Below are positions 1-10,251 of a stretch of DNA of 64,000 bases, in pieces. Location of the stretch: contig JAHFJM010000001.1 of the NCBI GenBank assembly GCA_023245935.1, positions 6,067 through 70,066 of the forward strand. Direction: 5' to 3'. The translations under genes were made by a program, and so were the position numbers. Under the pieces are notes generated by a model. That model saw only the letters and a program-made list of their open reading frames with translations. It was not told the DNA's origin and did not search any database. Within the stretch, counting starts at the first letter, position 1. Every line of letters begins with the position of its first letter. This DNA is from Candidatus Peribacteria bacterium (GTDB lineage Bacteria; Patescibacteriota; Gracilibacteria; Peribacterales; Peribacteraceae).

Positions 1-1
1 T

Positions 2-3000
2 GATGTCTTCCTGAATACATTGAACAAGGGAACAACCAAGCGACTCAATAAAATCCCAAGTCTGCAGCCGGCACCTCAAAAAGGTGCTGATGCGATTAGG
101 CCCAACGCCAAAGGAACCCCTGCAGCTACTCCTGCAGCTCCGAAAGCAAAACCAACGACGGACTATGAGGAGCCAACGACAAAAGCTCCTGATGCGGCTG
201 AATCTGAGCAATCAACGCTAATCGGATATGAGAAAGCAATGCCGAAACCATTTGAAGTAAACAAAGAGCCGACAAAGCCTGCAAAGCAGACCGAGCAAGC
301 TCCGGAAGCAGACAAAAATTCCGACATCAAGAGTGCGATGGACAACCTCGTCTTCTTCCTGGGTGCACACGAATTTGATGACAATGCGAAGAGTGCCCTG
401 GATCAGCTCAACGCAGGACTCGAAAAACGCAAGCTCTTGGACGGAAAATCCAAAGCTCTTGCGTCTGTCGGTCTCATGAAGGAAGGAAATGATGTCGATG
501 GCAGACTGATGCGAACTCCGAAAACAAGAATCGTCGAGAATCCGAATAGTGGAAGTAAGTATGAGATTGGAACCGATATCGACTCGACAAAAGTTTGGGT
601 TGCGGAAGTAAAGCAGGAAGGTGCCAAGCCCAAGTCGGCACCGAATACCGTGCCCAATACAATCAACCCATTGTTTGCATTGAGAAAAACAACCGTCAAT
701 GCAGCGAGACTGATCGCAACGCTGGAGAAAGAAGTGCAGAGCACATCAAATCCGATGGATCCTGCTCTCGTTGCAAAAATGAAACAGGCTCTTGCCGCGT
801 ATTGCGAAGCAGGGCTCAAGGAGTGGGGAGCACTTAAGAATCAGGTCAAAGACAGAGATGAAGGAAGAATGAAAGAACTGGAAACCGATGTCTTGATCAA
901 GAAAGGAAGATTGATCGTTCTCAATAGTACGTTCCCCGACATCGCTCCGGCAGATCTTGCAAGCAATGCGCCGTCACTGCCTGCCACTCCGGAACCGAAG
1001 CCTGCAGGGAAGCCAGAATCGAATCAACCTTCAGCTGAACCGGTAGCACCCGCTTCGTCGCAGAATGCTCCGACAGCTGCAAAAGAGCAGAGCGAGAAAA
1101 CGGATGAGTCTCCGTCGTCAGGACTTCGTCGTCCGAAGGACGTGATCACTGACAGCTTCCCGAAGAATCCGGAGGCATTCGTCAAACGTATGGAGGAGCT
1201 CCAAGAAAAAATCTGGAAGATGCAAGGAGAGAAGATGGAGGCTCGGAAGACAAGGAATGACGTGAAAGTGCGTGATATAGGACATGATCTCTCGGCTCTC
1301 ACAAAAGAATATTCAATGATGAACCAAGCCTTCCGCAAGAATACCGGAATGTCATTCGAGCGCTGGAAGAGTGATGACTCCGAGTACAATCAAGCGATTG
1401 CGGACAGAAAACGTCTGGAGAAGACTGGAGCATTCTCATCGGAAAGATTCAAGAAGGCTATGGCTGCGATGAATCCAGTTGTTCCTCAGGACGCTCCAAG
1501 CACGCCTGATGCAAATCCGAAAACAACACCTGACGCTCCATCCGGAGCTCCGCAGGCAAAGGCGGATGCAAAGACGACACCAAACACTCCGAAAGCTGCT
1601 CCAAAAGGAACCGCTCCAGATACACCGGACGTTCCGAAAGCTACGCCAAAAGACAAAAAGACTGACACTCCGGATAAGCCACAAGAAGCACCGAAAACTA
1701 AAGGTCAAGCTCTTGGACGAGAAATGAAAGCTGCGCTCCAGAAAATGGAAAAAGCCGAAACGAAAGATGAAAAGTGGGAAGCGCTCCTGGAACTTCTCGC
1801 AGCCGCATTCAAGTATCTGGATGCACTCATTCACGGAAGACTGAACGATGCCCACGACAGCAAGAACGCTCCCAAAGACACTCCGGAGCAGCTGAAATCG
1901 AAGGAGGTACATGCTCGTATTGCAGGAGAACTGAAAGCAAGAAGGGATGGAAAGCCTCTCGATGCACAGTTGACTGACATGGAAACGGAGAAGAAAAAAG
2001 AGCTCGCAATAACAGAGAATGACCTGAAGAAAAATAAAACGGATACGGAAGAGGGTGAGAAGAAAGGTACCGAACTCGTTGCTCAGAAAACCGCTCTGGA
2101 AACAGAGCGAAAGAGTATGAAGAGTGATGATCCAAAAGCGGCGGCGTTGGATGCAAAGATCAAAGAATTTGGCGAACAGATCGTCCTCAATCAGGAAGCA
2201 GTCAAGAAACTCAAAGAGCGTCGTCCGGTGTTGCTCAAACAGGAAGAGCGACTTACGGAAGATCTGAAAGCGGTGAAGGAAATCAGCGAGGGAGTCGCGA
2301 CGGTATTGAAGACACTCAAAGCAGGACTTGAGTTCCTTCTCAAAGAAAAAGCATTCGACAGTTACGCACTGAAGCTCTCACCCGAAGGCAATATTATGGT
2401 GAGCTTCGAAAATCCAACAGCAGGATTCTCTGAAAAAGTACAAGCAATAGGCGGAAAGGAGGAAGGGACTGCAGTGATAATCGACATCAGTAAGGTCGAC
2501 ACGGGGAAACTGGCACTACCGGTAAAGAATGCACCGGGTGCAAGGAAAGAAGAGCCAGAAGACAAGATCGAAGCTCCTGCAGATGCGAAGAACCTCACGG
2601 TGCAGGAAATGGGTAAAGTGCTGAAGGACACTTGGACTGTCCTGAATGGAAAAATTGAACGAACGATGGCGAATATTCTTGAAGCCAAGAAAGACCTTGA
2701 TGAAGTAAAGGCATCCGGTAATTGGTTCAGAAAAGGATGGGTCAGCAACGAAATCAAAACCAAAGAAACGAACTTCACTAAATCAACGGACGCGCTTGCA
2801 AAGCTGAATCAGTACAAAGCGAAGATCAGTCAGTACGTCGATCCCTCCGGGGAAATCAAGAAGGATCTGAAACTCGATGAGAAGAAGGTTGCCGAGATCA
2901 ACGACGTTCGAAAACAGCTCGGACTTCCTGCACTGCCACGGAACATGGTTGCGGATTATAAGGCATTCCAGGAAGAAGCAATTGCAAAGCACAAGGGTCG

Positions 3001-4870
3001 CGACAGGGAAATCGAGGTGGATTATGCGGCACTGAACAAGTCTCTACAGGAATCTGAAAAGGTACTACATGAGATCCAAGTGTGGGTTGAGAGAGCCGAT
3101 ACCGCTGCCGCTATCGGTGCATCAATTGCTGTGCCAGTCTGGGGTGCAGGAACCTATGCCGCAGTACGAAACCTCATGGACGTCTACGCAACAGGAGCCA
3201 AGCAGAAAGAAGAAGCACTGGCTGATTTCGCACTGATGTCATTCGCAGGTCTCGTCGGTGGTGCTGCGTCCGGAGTGACAAGCAAAGGAGTGGTTTCACT
3301 CGGAAAACTTGCTCCGGGAGCACAAAAAACGGTAATGGCATGGGCACAGAAGAATGCTGCGTCTCTCTCCATGAGAGCAGCGCAGACATTCCTGGAGTAC
3401 GGATCCAAGGCGGGACTGGGCGCAGTCTCCGGTGCCACGATGGCTGGCGTCGACTCTGGTGCACGCAATGCCTATGACGTTTCACATGGACGGAAGACCG
3501 AAGAACAAGCATGGGAAGAGACGAAGAGTGCCGTGAAATCCGGCGCGCTCACCGGTGCTCTGATGGGTGGAGCGATGCATGGAGTAGGAAAAGTTGCGAA
3601 TCCGGCATGGGAAAAAACAAAAGCAGGAATGAAGAAAGGCGTGGAGAAGGTGAAGGCAAAAATAAAGTCTAAAGGTAAGCCAAAAGAGGAAAATCCTCCA
3701 AAAGATGACGAGTCTGGTGGAACCGCCAAGCCGACCGATACACCTCCGGACACTCCTCCAAGCTCTCCCACAAGTACGCCAGAAACACCGGAAGCATCTG
3801 CAGGAGCTGCGCCTAAGAAGGAAGCACCGAAAGCAGCGCCCACCGCGCCTGCTGCAAGCCCAAGTGTCTGGAAAGAAGGTGAAAACTTCGCGCTGTTCCC
3901 CGGCATCACTCTCAAAGACGCATCCGGCAAACCATTACCACATGGTGATTATAAGATCCTGCAATCCAGCAACTTTACGCCTCCGGGGAAGAGAGTACTG
4001 AACTATCGAGATGGCACTCCGGCAGGAAAGACAATCATTGTGAATGAAAGTGATTTGAGTCAGATCCCGAAAACTCCTGCAGCGCCACCACCGCCTGCGA
4101 TGAAGAATGCGCCAAAGGCAGCGCCTACGGCTGCTCCGTCAAAGCCCAGCGAATGGAAAGCGAATGATGGTTTTGCCATTTATAAAGGAAACTCGTTAAA
4201 AACAGCCGACGGAAGGACGCTTGCGAACGGTGATTACCGAGTGGAGCCACGAACGCCTTCGACGCCTGCGGGCGAGACAATTGTCAGTCGGAGCGACGCT
4301 GGACGAACTGGAGAACGTATAGAATTCTCAGTGAGAACTGAGGATCTTGCTCGGATGCCGAAAACTCCTGCAGCACCACCTCCACCTGCAATGAAAAATG
4401 CACCAAAGACCGCATTTAAGTCGGAAGGAGAGAATAAGCTGGATCAGCTTGTTGCACAGGAGAAGCAACTTCGTGCCGAAGTAGACAAATACAAGCCAGG
4501 AACATCGAATCCGAGTCTTGAGAAAAAACTAGAGGATGTTCGTAGTGACATAAAATTTTTACGTGGAATAAAAGCGGCTGGGAGAGCGCAGGTTGAACAG
4601 ATTCTTTCTTCACCTTCCGCGTCCTTTAGCCAGATTGAGGATAATATGATTACCTATCTGGCATTCCATGAGAACCCAAATATCGCACTTCTACAAAAAC
4701 ATATACCTACATTTACGAGCAGATTGAAAGAATTGGAAACAACCCTACTACCGAAGAGCAACCCATTAACAAAGGATGGGGTGATATTAGCGGCAGAGGC
4801 TCAGCATCTACCTAGTCTAATCTTAAAAATGCAGGAAATCATTGCCAATGGTATCAAGCACGGCAACTAA
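2..4870 (+). CDS. Giant hypothetical protein (>1616 aa, 5'-partial): Pro/Lys/Ala-rich linkers, coiled coils, Gly-zipper hydrophobic region, tandem ~97-aa repeat
   Basis: Frame is open from base 2, so the true start is probably upstream of the window. Stop TAA at 4868-4870 overlaps the map stop. No recognised family. Confidence 0.8.
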   Translation, partial: DVFLNTLNKGTTKRLNKIPSLQPAPQKGADAIRPNAKGTPAATPAAPKAKPTTDYEEPTTKAPDAAESEQSTLIGYEKAMPKPFEVNKEPTKPAKQTEQAPEADKNSDIKSAMDNLVFFLGAHEFDDNAKSALDQLNAGLEKRKLLDGKSKALASVGLMKEGNDVDGRLMRTPKTRIVENPNSGSKYEIGTDIDSTKVWVAEVKQEGAKPKSAPNTVPNTINPLFALRKTTVNAARLIATLEKEVQSTSNPMDPALVAKMKQALAAYCEAGLKEWGALKNQVKDRDEGRMKELETDVLIKKGRLIVLNSTFPDIAPADLASNAPSLPATPEPKPAGKPESNQPSAEPVAPASSQNAPTAAKEQSEKTDESPSSGLRRPKDVITDSFPKNPEAFVKRMEELQEKIWKMQGEKMEARKTRNDVKVRDIGHDLSALTKEYSMMNQAFRKNTGMSFERWKSDDSEYNQAIADRKRLEKTGAFSSERFKKAMAAMNPVVPQDAPSTPDANPKTTPDAPSGAPQAKADAKTTPNTPKAAPKGTAPDTPDVPKATPKDKKTDTPDKPQEAPKTKGQALGREMKAALQKMEKAETKDEKWEALLELLAAAFKYLDALIHGRLNDAHDSKNAPKDTPEQLKSKEVHARIAGELKARRDGKPLDAQLTDMETEKKKELAITENDLKKNKTDTEEGEKKGTELVAQKTALETERKSMKSDDPKAAALDAKIKEFGEQIVLNQEAVKKLKERRPVLLKQEERLTEDLKAVKEISEGVATVLKTLKAGLEFLLKEKAFDSYALKLSPEGNIMVSFENPTAGFSEKVQAIGGKEEGTAVIIDISKVDTGKLALPVKNAPGARKEEPEDKIEAPADAKNLTVQEMGKVLKDTWTVLNGKIERTMANILEAKKDLDEVKASGNWFRKGWVSNEIKTKETNFTKSTDALAKLNQYKAKISQYVDPSGEIKKDLKLDEKKVAEINDVRKQLGLPALPRNMVADYKAFQEEAIAKHKGRDREIEVDYAALNKSLQESEKVLHEIQVWVERADTAAAIGASIAVPVWGAGTYAAVRNLMDVYATGAKQKEEALADFALMSFAGLVGGAASGVTSKGVVSLGKLAPGAQKTVMAWAQKNAASLSMRAAQTFLEYGSKAGLGAVSGATMAGVDSGARNAYDVSHGRKTEEQAWEETKSAVKSGALTGALMGGAMHGVGKVANPAWEKTKAGMKKGVEKVKAKIKSKGKPKEENPPKDDESGGTAKPTDTPPDTPPSSPTSTPETPEASAGAAPKKEAPKAAPTAPAASPSVWKEGENFALFPGITLKDASGKPLPHGDYKILQSSNFTPPGKRVLNYRDGTPAGKTIIVNESDLSQIPKTPAAPPPPAMKNAPKAAPTAAPSKPSEWKANDGFAIYKGNSLKTADGRTLANGDYRVEPRTPSTPAGETIVSRSDAGRTGERIEFSVRTEDLARMPKTPAAPPPPAMKNAPKTAFKSEGENKLDQLVAQEKQLRAEVDKYKPGTSNPSLEKKLEDVRSDIKFLRGIKAAGRAQVEQILSSPSASFSQIEDNMITYLAFHENPNIALLQKHIPTFTSRLKELETTLLPKSNPLTKDGVILAAEAQHLPSLILKMQEIIANGIKHGN
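3830..4410 (+). repeat. Tandem duplication of a ~291-nt (97-aa) domain
   Basis: PKTPAAPPPPAMKNAPK is encoded at both 4067 and 4358. The preceding segments align (WKEGENFALF..LKDASG..L.HGDY vs WKANDGFAIY..LKTADG..L.NGDY). Confidence 0.85.
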
Positions 4871-5628
4871 GCCACCACCTCACACCCCCCTTCGGTAATC
4901 AGCACCGAATGTTCGAAGTGACAGGAGAGACTCCGGTCTTTCGTGATCACCGTCCACTGGTCTTCAGCTGTAAATACGTCGGGTGAGCCCATCGCGGCGA
5001 TCGGTTCAATCGCAATCATCGTACCGACGGGGAGCACCGGACCCGTGCCTGCTTTGCCGACGTTCGGAACATCGGGGAACTGATGCAGCGTCGTGCCAAG
5101 CCCGTGCCCTGTAAGCGTACGGACTGCGCTGTAGCCTGCTTTCTTGAGGTGCTGCTCGATATAGGAACTGATGTCTCCAACCTGCACACCCGCCTTCACA
5201 ACGTTCGCAATCACGTCTTCAAGTGTCTGCGAGACATGCGTCAAAAATTTCTGCGTCGACGGCTTGATGCGCCCCACCCCGACCGTGATGCAGGCATCGG
5301 TGTAGAGATCGTCAACGATCACTCCCCCATCGAGCGAAATAATATCCCCTTCCTTCAGGACTTTGTCGTCACGAGGAATACCGTGCACGACTTCTTCGTT
5401 GATCGAGGTACAGAGCGTGCCGGTGAAGCCGTAGTACCCGAGGAACGCCGGTCTTCCGCCCTTCGTGAGTATGAATTCCTCCGCCATCGCATCGAGCATC
5501 TTCGTCGTGACACCGGGCACCGCCGCCGCACCCACGAGCTTCAGACAATCGCGAAGGATCGCTCCACCCTTGCGAATGGACGCCATTTCCTCAGGCGTGA
5601 AAATTTGGAAACGATTCGAGAAAGACAT
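4867..5628 (-). CDS. map: Methionine aminopeptidase type I
   Basis: Motifs CTSINEEVVHGIP, GHGLG..LH, AIEP, HFEHS. Lies downstream of secY-adk. Confidence 0.97.
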   Translation of the reverse strand: MSFSNRFQIFTPEEMASIRKGGAILRDCLKLVGAAAVPGVTTKMLDAMAEEFILTKGGRPAFLGYYGFTGTLCTSINEEVVHGIPRDDKVLKEGDIISLDGGVIVDDLYTDACITVGVGRIKPSTQKFLTHVSQTLEDVIANVVKAGVQVGDISSYIEQHLKKAGYSAVRTLTGHGLGTTLHQFPDVPNVGKAGTGPVLPVGTMIAIEPIAAMGSPDVFTAEDQWTVITKDRSLSCHFEHSVLITEGGCEVVA

Positions 5629-5672
5629 GAAGGCATACTATCAGAAACTCAGCTGTACGATTGTGCAGCCAG

Positions 5673-6395
5673 TTATGCGGGAATCGCAATAGACTCATCC
5701 TGCAAAGATCCGCTCAGCACCTGCTGGACGCGCGCGTAGACTGCCTGGATACTCTCATGAACCTCATCAGGATGTGCACGTGTCGGATCAAGCCCGGTAT
5801 CACCATCCACATGGATCAATCTTCCCTGACGTCGAAATTCGTCGATCACCGGAACCGTCTCTTCGTAAAACGTGCGAATTCTCTTTTCAACAACCTCCGG
5901 CTTCGCATCATCTGCACGACCTTCAACTTTGGCACGATAGGCGATATTTTTCCTTGCAGTTATGTCTGAGACAGCGATATGGAGCAACTTCGCATCACCA
6001 CGACCGACCTCTGTAAGGGTCTGATCGAGTGCATGCTTCTGCTTGAGTGTTCGAGGGATGCCGTCGAACATCACACGGGAGACACTGTCTCTCTGAAGAG
6101 TAAATTCCTGCACAATGCGCATCACAGTTTCCTGTGAAACCAATGCTCCGGTCTTCTGTGCTTCTCGCACCAACTGACCTAATTCTGTTTCCTGAGCTGC
6201 AATCTTGCGTAGCTGCGCACCCATATCGAACCCCGCATACTCGAAATCCTTTTGCAGCATCTTTCCCTGCGTTCCTTTACCCGAACCCTGTATGCCGGCA
6301 AGAATCAGAGTGTTTGGAGGTGTAATCACTGATTCATGGTGCCGTGCTTCAGCTACATGATGTGAATGGTGCGAGTGAAGATGGAGAGAATTCAT
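5673..6395 (-). CDS. Adenylate/NMP kinase paralog with His-rich N-terminus
   Basis: P-loop GIQGSGKGTQ, FDGIPR and EGRADD motifs. Second adk-like copy in tandem. Confidence 0.88.
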   Translation of the reverse strand: MNSLHLHSHHSHHVAEARHHESVITPPNTLILAGIQGSGKGTQGKMLQKDFEYAGFDMGAQLRKIAAQETELGQLVREAQKTGALVSQETVMRIVQEFTLQRDSVSRVMFDGIPRTLKQKHALDQTLTEVGRGDAKLLHIAVSDITARKNIAYRAKVEGRADDAKPEVVEKRIRTFYEETVPVIDEFRRQGRLIHVDGDTGLDPTRAHPDEVHESIQAVYARVQQVLSGSLQDESIAIPA

Positions 6396-6490
6396 GATAT
6401 TAAAGAATAAAAGATAATAATGTCAAATAACCTGTCTTGCGGCAGGGTAAAGCATTTTCAGAGGAAAAGCAAGGGTAACCAGTCGCAGAC

Positions 6491-7051
6491 TTACGATACT
6501 TTCTGCTTCAAACTGTCATAAATATCGTCTACAGATCCTTTTGCAACGATATCGATCACTTTTTCTGCTTTTTGATAGTGCTGGATTACCGGCATGGTTT
6601 TCTCGAGAAATGTGCTCATTCTGCGCTTAATAATGTCTGTATTTGCATCATCCGCCCTTCCTTCCGCCTTTGCGCGCCCGAGAATGCGGTTTGTCGCCTC
6701 CTCCTGACTCAGGAGGAAATGAATGCACCGGAAATCACGACCGGCAGCCTCCATAATCGCATCGAAATCACGCATCTGAGCATCGTCTCTGGGAATACCG
6801 TCGAAGAGAATCTTGGTGGATTTTGGACGAGCGGCAATCGCCTCTTTCACGACTTGCATGATGATCTCGTGAGGCACAAGGTGCCCTTGGTCGATGGTGC
6901 TCTTCACGAGATGACCCAGTTCGGATCCGGAGGCTGCGATCTTCCGAAGTTCTCCTCCCGCCTCGAAGATGTCGTAACCGAACTCAGCCGCAAGCTTCTT
7001 GGCTTGAGTTCCTTTGCCGCTGCCTTGAATGCCGAAAAAGACTAAATCCAT
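6491..7051 (-). CDS. adk: Adenylate kinase (short-LID type)
   Basis: GIQGSGKGTQA, FDGIPR and GRADD motifs. Canonical position after secY. Confidence 0.93.
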   Translation of the reverse strand: MDLVFFGIQGSGKGTQAKKLAAEFGYDIFEAGGELRKIAASGSELGHLVKSTIDQGHLVPHEIIMQVVKEAIAARPKSTKILFDGIPRDDAQMRDFDAIMEAAGRDFRCIHFLLSQEEATNRILGRAKAEGRADDANTDIIKRRMSTFLEKTMPVIQHYQKAEKVIDIVAKGSVDDIYDSLKQKVS

Positions 7052-7073
7052 ATTGGATGGTAGTACTTCCAGA

Positions 7074-8354
7074 CTACACTAATTTCTCGTAGTCGTGTGC
7101 GAGCAGCTGCGCGTTCACCTGACGGATCAACTCGAGAACGACACCGACGATGATGATGAGCCCGGAACCGGAGACGATCAGATCCTGCGAACTGAGAGTG
7201 GAGTAGCGGGTGAAGATCAGCGGGATGATGGCAACGATGCCGAGGAACACGCCTCCCCAGAGATTGAGGCGATTGCTGGTGCGCTCGAGCATCTTCGCGG
7301 TCTCAAGTCCCGGACGAACGCCCGGAATGAACCCTCCGCGCTTCTGAATGTTCTCGGCAAGTTCGGTCGGCTTGAAGGTGACGGAGACGTAGAAGTACGT
7401 GAAGACGATGACGAGCAGGAAGTAGAGAACCATGTAGAGAATCGACGGATGCTGGGAACTGAGATTCAGGTTGATGAAGTTCACGATCCCCTGAAAGCGA
7501 GGAGCGGTTTGCAGGAACTGTGCGATGATGCCCGGGAAGGTGATGAGCGAGATCGCAAAGATGATCGGCACCATTCCCGCCTGATTGAGGCGGATCGGAA
7601 TATTGCCTTTCACACCGCGACCTGCACCCTGGTTCGCGTAGGTGATGGGAATGGCACGATGTGCATCGGTGAAGAGCACGACCGCGACGAGCATCGCGAG
7701 AGAGACGATCAGAAACAGGTAGAACGCACTCAATTTATCTTGTCCGGCAATGAACATATTGGTGACGGTATTCGGCATGCCGGCGACGATACCCGTGAAG
7801 ATCAGGAGTGAGATGCCGTTGCCGATCCCCTTCTCGGTGATCAGCTCTCCAAGCCACATCACGAAGATGCAACCGACGGAGACGAAGAGCATCGGCGCAA
7901 GAACGGCGGGGAAGGTGAGAGGAACAATGTTGCCGCTGCCGCCCCTGTTCAGGAGGAGCAGGAAACCGTAACTCTGCATGAATGCGAGAACAATGCTGAG
8001 CCAGCGTGTGTACGTGTTGATCTTCTGCTGCCCCTGAATGCCTTCCTTGCTGAGCGACTCCAGTTTCGGGAAGATCACCGTGCAGAGCTGCAGGATGATC
8101 GAGGCATTGATGTACGGAGAAAGACCGAGCAGTGCGATGGAGAAGTTCTTGATGGCGCCGCCGGTGAGTGTCGCGAAGATCCCGAGGGTGCCGCCCGCAT
8201 TGCTGTTCTGGAGAAATTTCTGGAGGAGTGCCTTGTCCGAACCCGGAATGGTGATGTGTGAAATGACGCGGTACAGGAAGAGAATCGCGAGCGTGAACAC
8301 GATGCGCTTGCGGAGATCGTTACTGCGCCAGAGCTGTCGGAGGTAGGTGAACAT
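7074..8354 (-). CDS. secY: Preprotein translocase SecY
   Basis: LGLSPYINASII, GIGNGISLLIF and FIPGVRPG motifs, about 10 TM segments. Confidence 0.98.
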   Translation of the reverse strand: MFTYLRQLWRSNDLRKRIVFTLAILFLYRVISHITIPGSDKALLQKFLQNSNAGGTLGIFATLTGGAIKNFSIALLGLSPYINASIILQLCTVIFPKLESLSKEGIQGQQKINTYTRWLSIVLAFMQSYGFLLLLNRGGSGNIVPLTFPAVLAPMLFVSVGCIFVMWLGELITEKGIGNGISLLIFTGIVAGMPNTVTNMFIAGQDKLSAFYLFLIVSLAMLVAVVLFTDAHRAIPITYANQGAGRGVKGNIPIRLNQAGMVPIIFAISLITFPGIIAQFLQTAPRFQGIVNFINLNLSSQHPSILYMVLYFLLVIVFTYFYVSVTFKPTELAENIQKRGGFIPGVRPGLETAKMLERTSNRLNLWGGVFLGIVAIIPLIFTRYSTLSSQDLIVSGSGLIIIVGVVLELIRQVNAQLLAHDYEKLV

Positions 8355-8359
8355 AAACG

Positions 8360-8803
8360 CTACGCTCTCACAATCGTAATGGAGCCGCCCGCTTTCTCGA
8401 CCGCTTCTTTTGCGGAGACGGAGACGGCGTAGACGCTGAGGGCAAACTTCTTGGTCACTTTACCGCGTCCGAGGATCTTCACCGGCATCTTGCCGCTCAC
8501 GATGCGGAGCGTCGCAAGCGTCTCTTTATCATGCGTTCCTGCGGGGACTTTCGCCTCGAGGGTATCGAGGTTCAAGACTTCGACTTCCACGCGTGACGGG
8601 CTGATGAAACCACCGAGTTTCGGTTGCCTTCGGATGAGAGGCGTCTGTCCTCCTTCAAACCCCAGGCGGCGACCTTTACCCGTGCGGGACTGCTGACCTT
8701 TGGTACCGCGACCCGCGGTAGAGCCGCGACCGGAACCGTTGCCGCGGGCGAACCTGCGACTGGTGTGCGTGGAACCCTTGTTTGGCTTGAGCGTGTGAAG
8801 CAT
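8360..8803 (-). CDS. rplO: 50S ribosomal protein L15
   Basis: RGNGSGRGSTAGRGTKGQ and FEGGQTPL motifs. Start trimmed to MLHTLKP. Confidence 0.96.
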   Translation of the reverse strand: MLHTLKPNKGSTHTSRRFARGNGSGRGSTAGRGTKGQQSRTGKGRRLGFEGGQTPLIRRQPKLGGFISPSRVEVEVLNLDTLEAKVPAGTHDKETLATLRIVSGKMPVKILGRGKVTKKFALSVYAVSVSAKEAVEKAGGSITIVRA

Positions 8804-8911
8804 ATAAGAAAACGATGCAGAGAGATCAAAACGCAGGGGAGTCTTTGTATGCCTCTGCGGACGAAGAGAGTACCGAGAAAAGGAGAGGAGGTAAAGGGAA
8901 AAGGAGCCCTC

Positions 8912-9068
8912 TTGACACACCCCAAAACCACTCTCTAAGATATGCCCGTGATTCATTCCCTGTCCCTTACGCTCAGTCTCTCCCTCCTGCTTACTGCGGG
9001 AAGGCGGCTGGCTGCGTAAGTGATTCGTCACAAAGCAGAGCCTCCTTCCCACGAGAGGCTGGTTTTTT
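8912..9068 (+). promoter_or_regulatory. Putative leucine-type transcription attenuator: sigma70 promoter, Leu-rich leader ORF, alternative hairpins and terminator
   Basis: TTGACA(8912)-18-TAAGAT(8936). Leader 8942/8948-9019 reads (MP)VIHSLSLTLSLSLLLTAGRRLAA*. gggaaggcggct (8998-9009) can pair with agcctccttccc (9039-9050), competing with the agcctc/gaggct stem followed by a T-run. Confidence 0.65.
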
Positions 9069-9099
9069 ATGTTATTATTTCTCACTTCCAATTCTCCCC

Positions 9100-9273
9100 A
9101 TGAATCCCTCAACTGAGACACCGATGCAACAAGGAAACGACAACGTGAAGATCGATCGTGAACCATCCGTGCATGACAGCGTGTATCCGATCCACGCGAT
9201 CATCGCTCACTGCGCGGCAGTGAGATCAAGAATTGAAGAAAGCAATGCAACGATCATCGATATTCCGGTCTAA
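9100..9273 (+). CDS. Small hypothetical protein (57 aa)
   Basis: MNPSTETPMQQ...IAHCAAVRSRIEE. Shares the IAHxAAVR motif with the next ORF. Confidence 0.5.
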   Translation: MNPSTETPMQQGNDNVKIDREPSVHDSVYPIHAIIAHCAAVRSRIEESNATIIDIPV

Positions 9274-9306
9274 ATTATTTATTTCACTTCATTTCCAATC
9301 ACTTCT

Positions 9307-10191
9307 ATGTCTACCATCGATACTCAAGACCAAAGAAATATCGTCGTTGATGAACGCGGCAGAGAATCAAGCGCTCCTAACCCAAACGATGATAAGGTTC
9401 AAACCGAAGCACGATTACTTTCAGAACGTTCCATGGCAAAGTTATGGAAACTTGGTTACGTAGAAGCACCAAGCCCTGAGGCAGTACAGGGGTATATCGA
9501 AAGCCAAGGATTCTATTTACAGAAACATCTGCCTAAGGGGGATGAAGTGCAATTCTATGTGGGGAAAGGCGATGGGAAAAAGATCGGCATCAAGATACGA
9601 AAAGTTCCTGCAAGTCCGGAACAATCAGATACTCAAGAGACAATGAAGGTCTATTCGAGAGTGAGTAAAAGAAGAAAGTGGAGGGGTGGAGGGACGTGGA
9701 AGTTACACGAAGTTCCAGACGTCGTTTCCGGGCTGACAGAAGCTGCCGATATTCGACCGGAGAGACTGGAAAGTTACTGCCTAGAACAGAGACCCACTCG
9801 ACGCTCGAAAAGCCCGTGGGCGCATCGGGATGCAGGTGCCCATAATGCGGTGAGGACGCATGAGACACATCAGGATGTTCTCGAAGCTGCCAAAGTCCAA
9901 CACGAGCCTCCATCCATCCGACCGTACTCGGAAAAGGATCAATGGAACGTTATCGCGCACTCCGCTGCAGTGCGATTCATTCAGCATGTCGTGGCAAATC
10001 CCGATACCGATCCCGAGGATGCCTTTCGGAGAGTATTCGATACTGGATCCATCGATGCACTCAACGAGAGCGGCATCGTTCTGGCTCTCATTAACCTCTG
10101 CGGAGAGATGCGATCCTCACTGGCACCGGAGCAGTTTCAGAGGCTGGATATGATCAAGTCTGCTGCAGTTACACAGTTTTGCATGCGCTAG
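9307..10191 (+). CDS. Hypothetical protein (294 aa)
   Basis: Long ORF occupying the gap between rplO and rpsE. No recognised family. Confidence 0.75.
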   Translation: MSTIDTQDQRNIVVDERGRESSAPNPNDDKVQTEARLLSERSMAKLWKLGYVEAPSPEAVQGYIESQGFYLQKHLPKGDEVQFYVGKGDGKKIGIKIRKVPASPEQSDTQETMKVYSRVSKRRKWRGGGTWKLHEVPDVVSGLTEAADIRPERLESYCLEQRPTRRSKSPWAHRDAGAHNAVRTHETHQDVLEAAKVQHEPPSIRPYSEKDQWNVIAHSAAVRFIQHVVANPDTDPEDAFRRVFDTGSIDALNESGIVLALINLCGEMRSSLAPEQFQRLDMIKSAAVTQFCMR

Positions 10192-10251
10192 CCCATTGAC
10201 TTCCCGCATCACTTCCTCGAACATGCCTTCCAAACTTTTCCCCTTCACGCT

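Noticed and set aside
8804-9166. N-terminal extension of rplO predicted by the ORF track (similar extensions for rpsE, rplF, rplP, gatC, yafQ)
   Set aside because: The conserved proteins start at downstream codons, and the extensions overlap other features.
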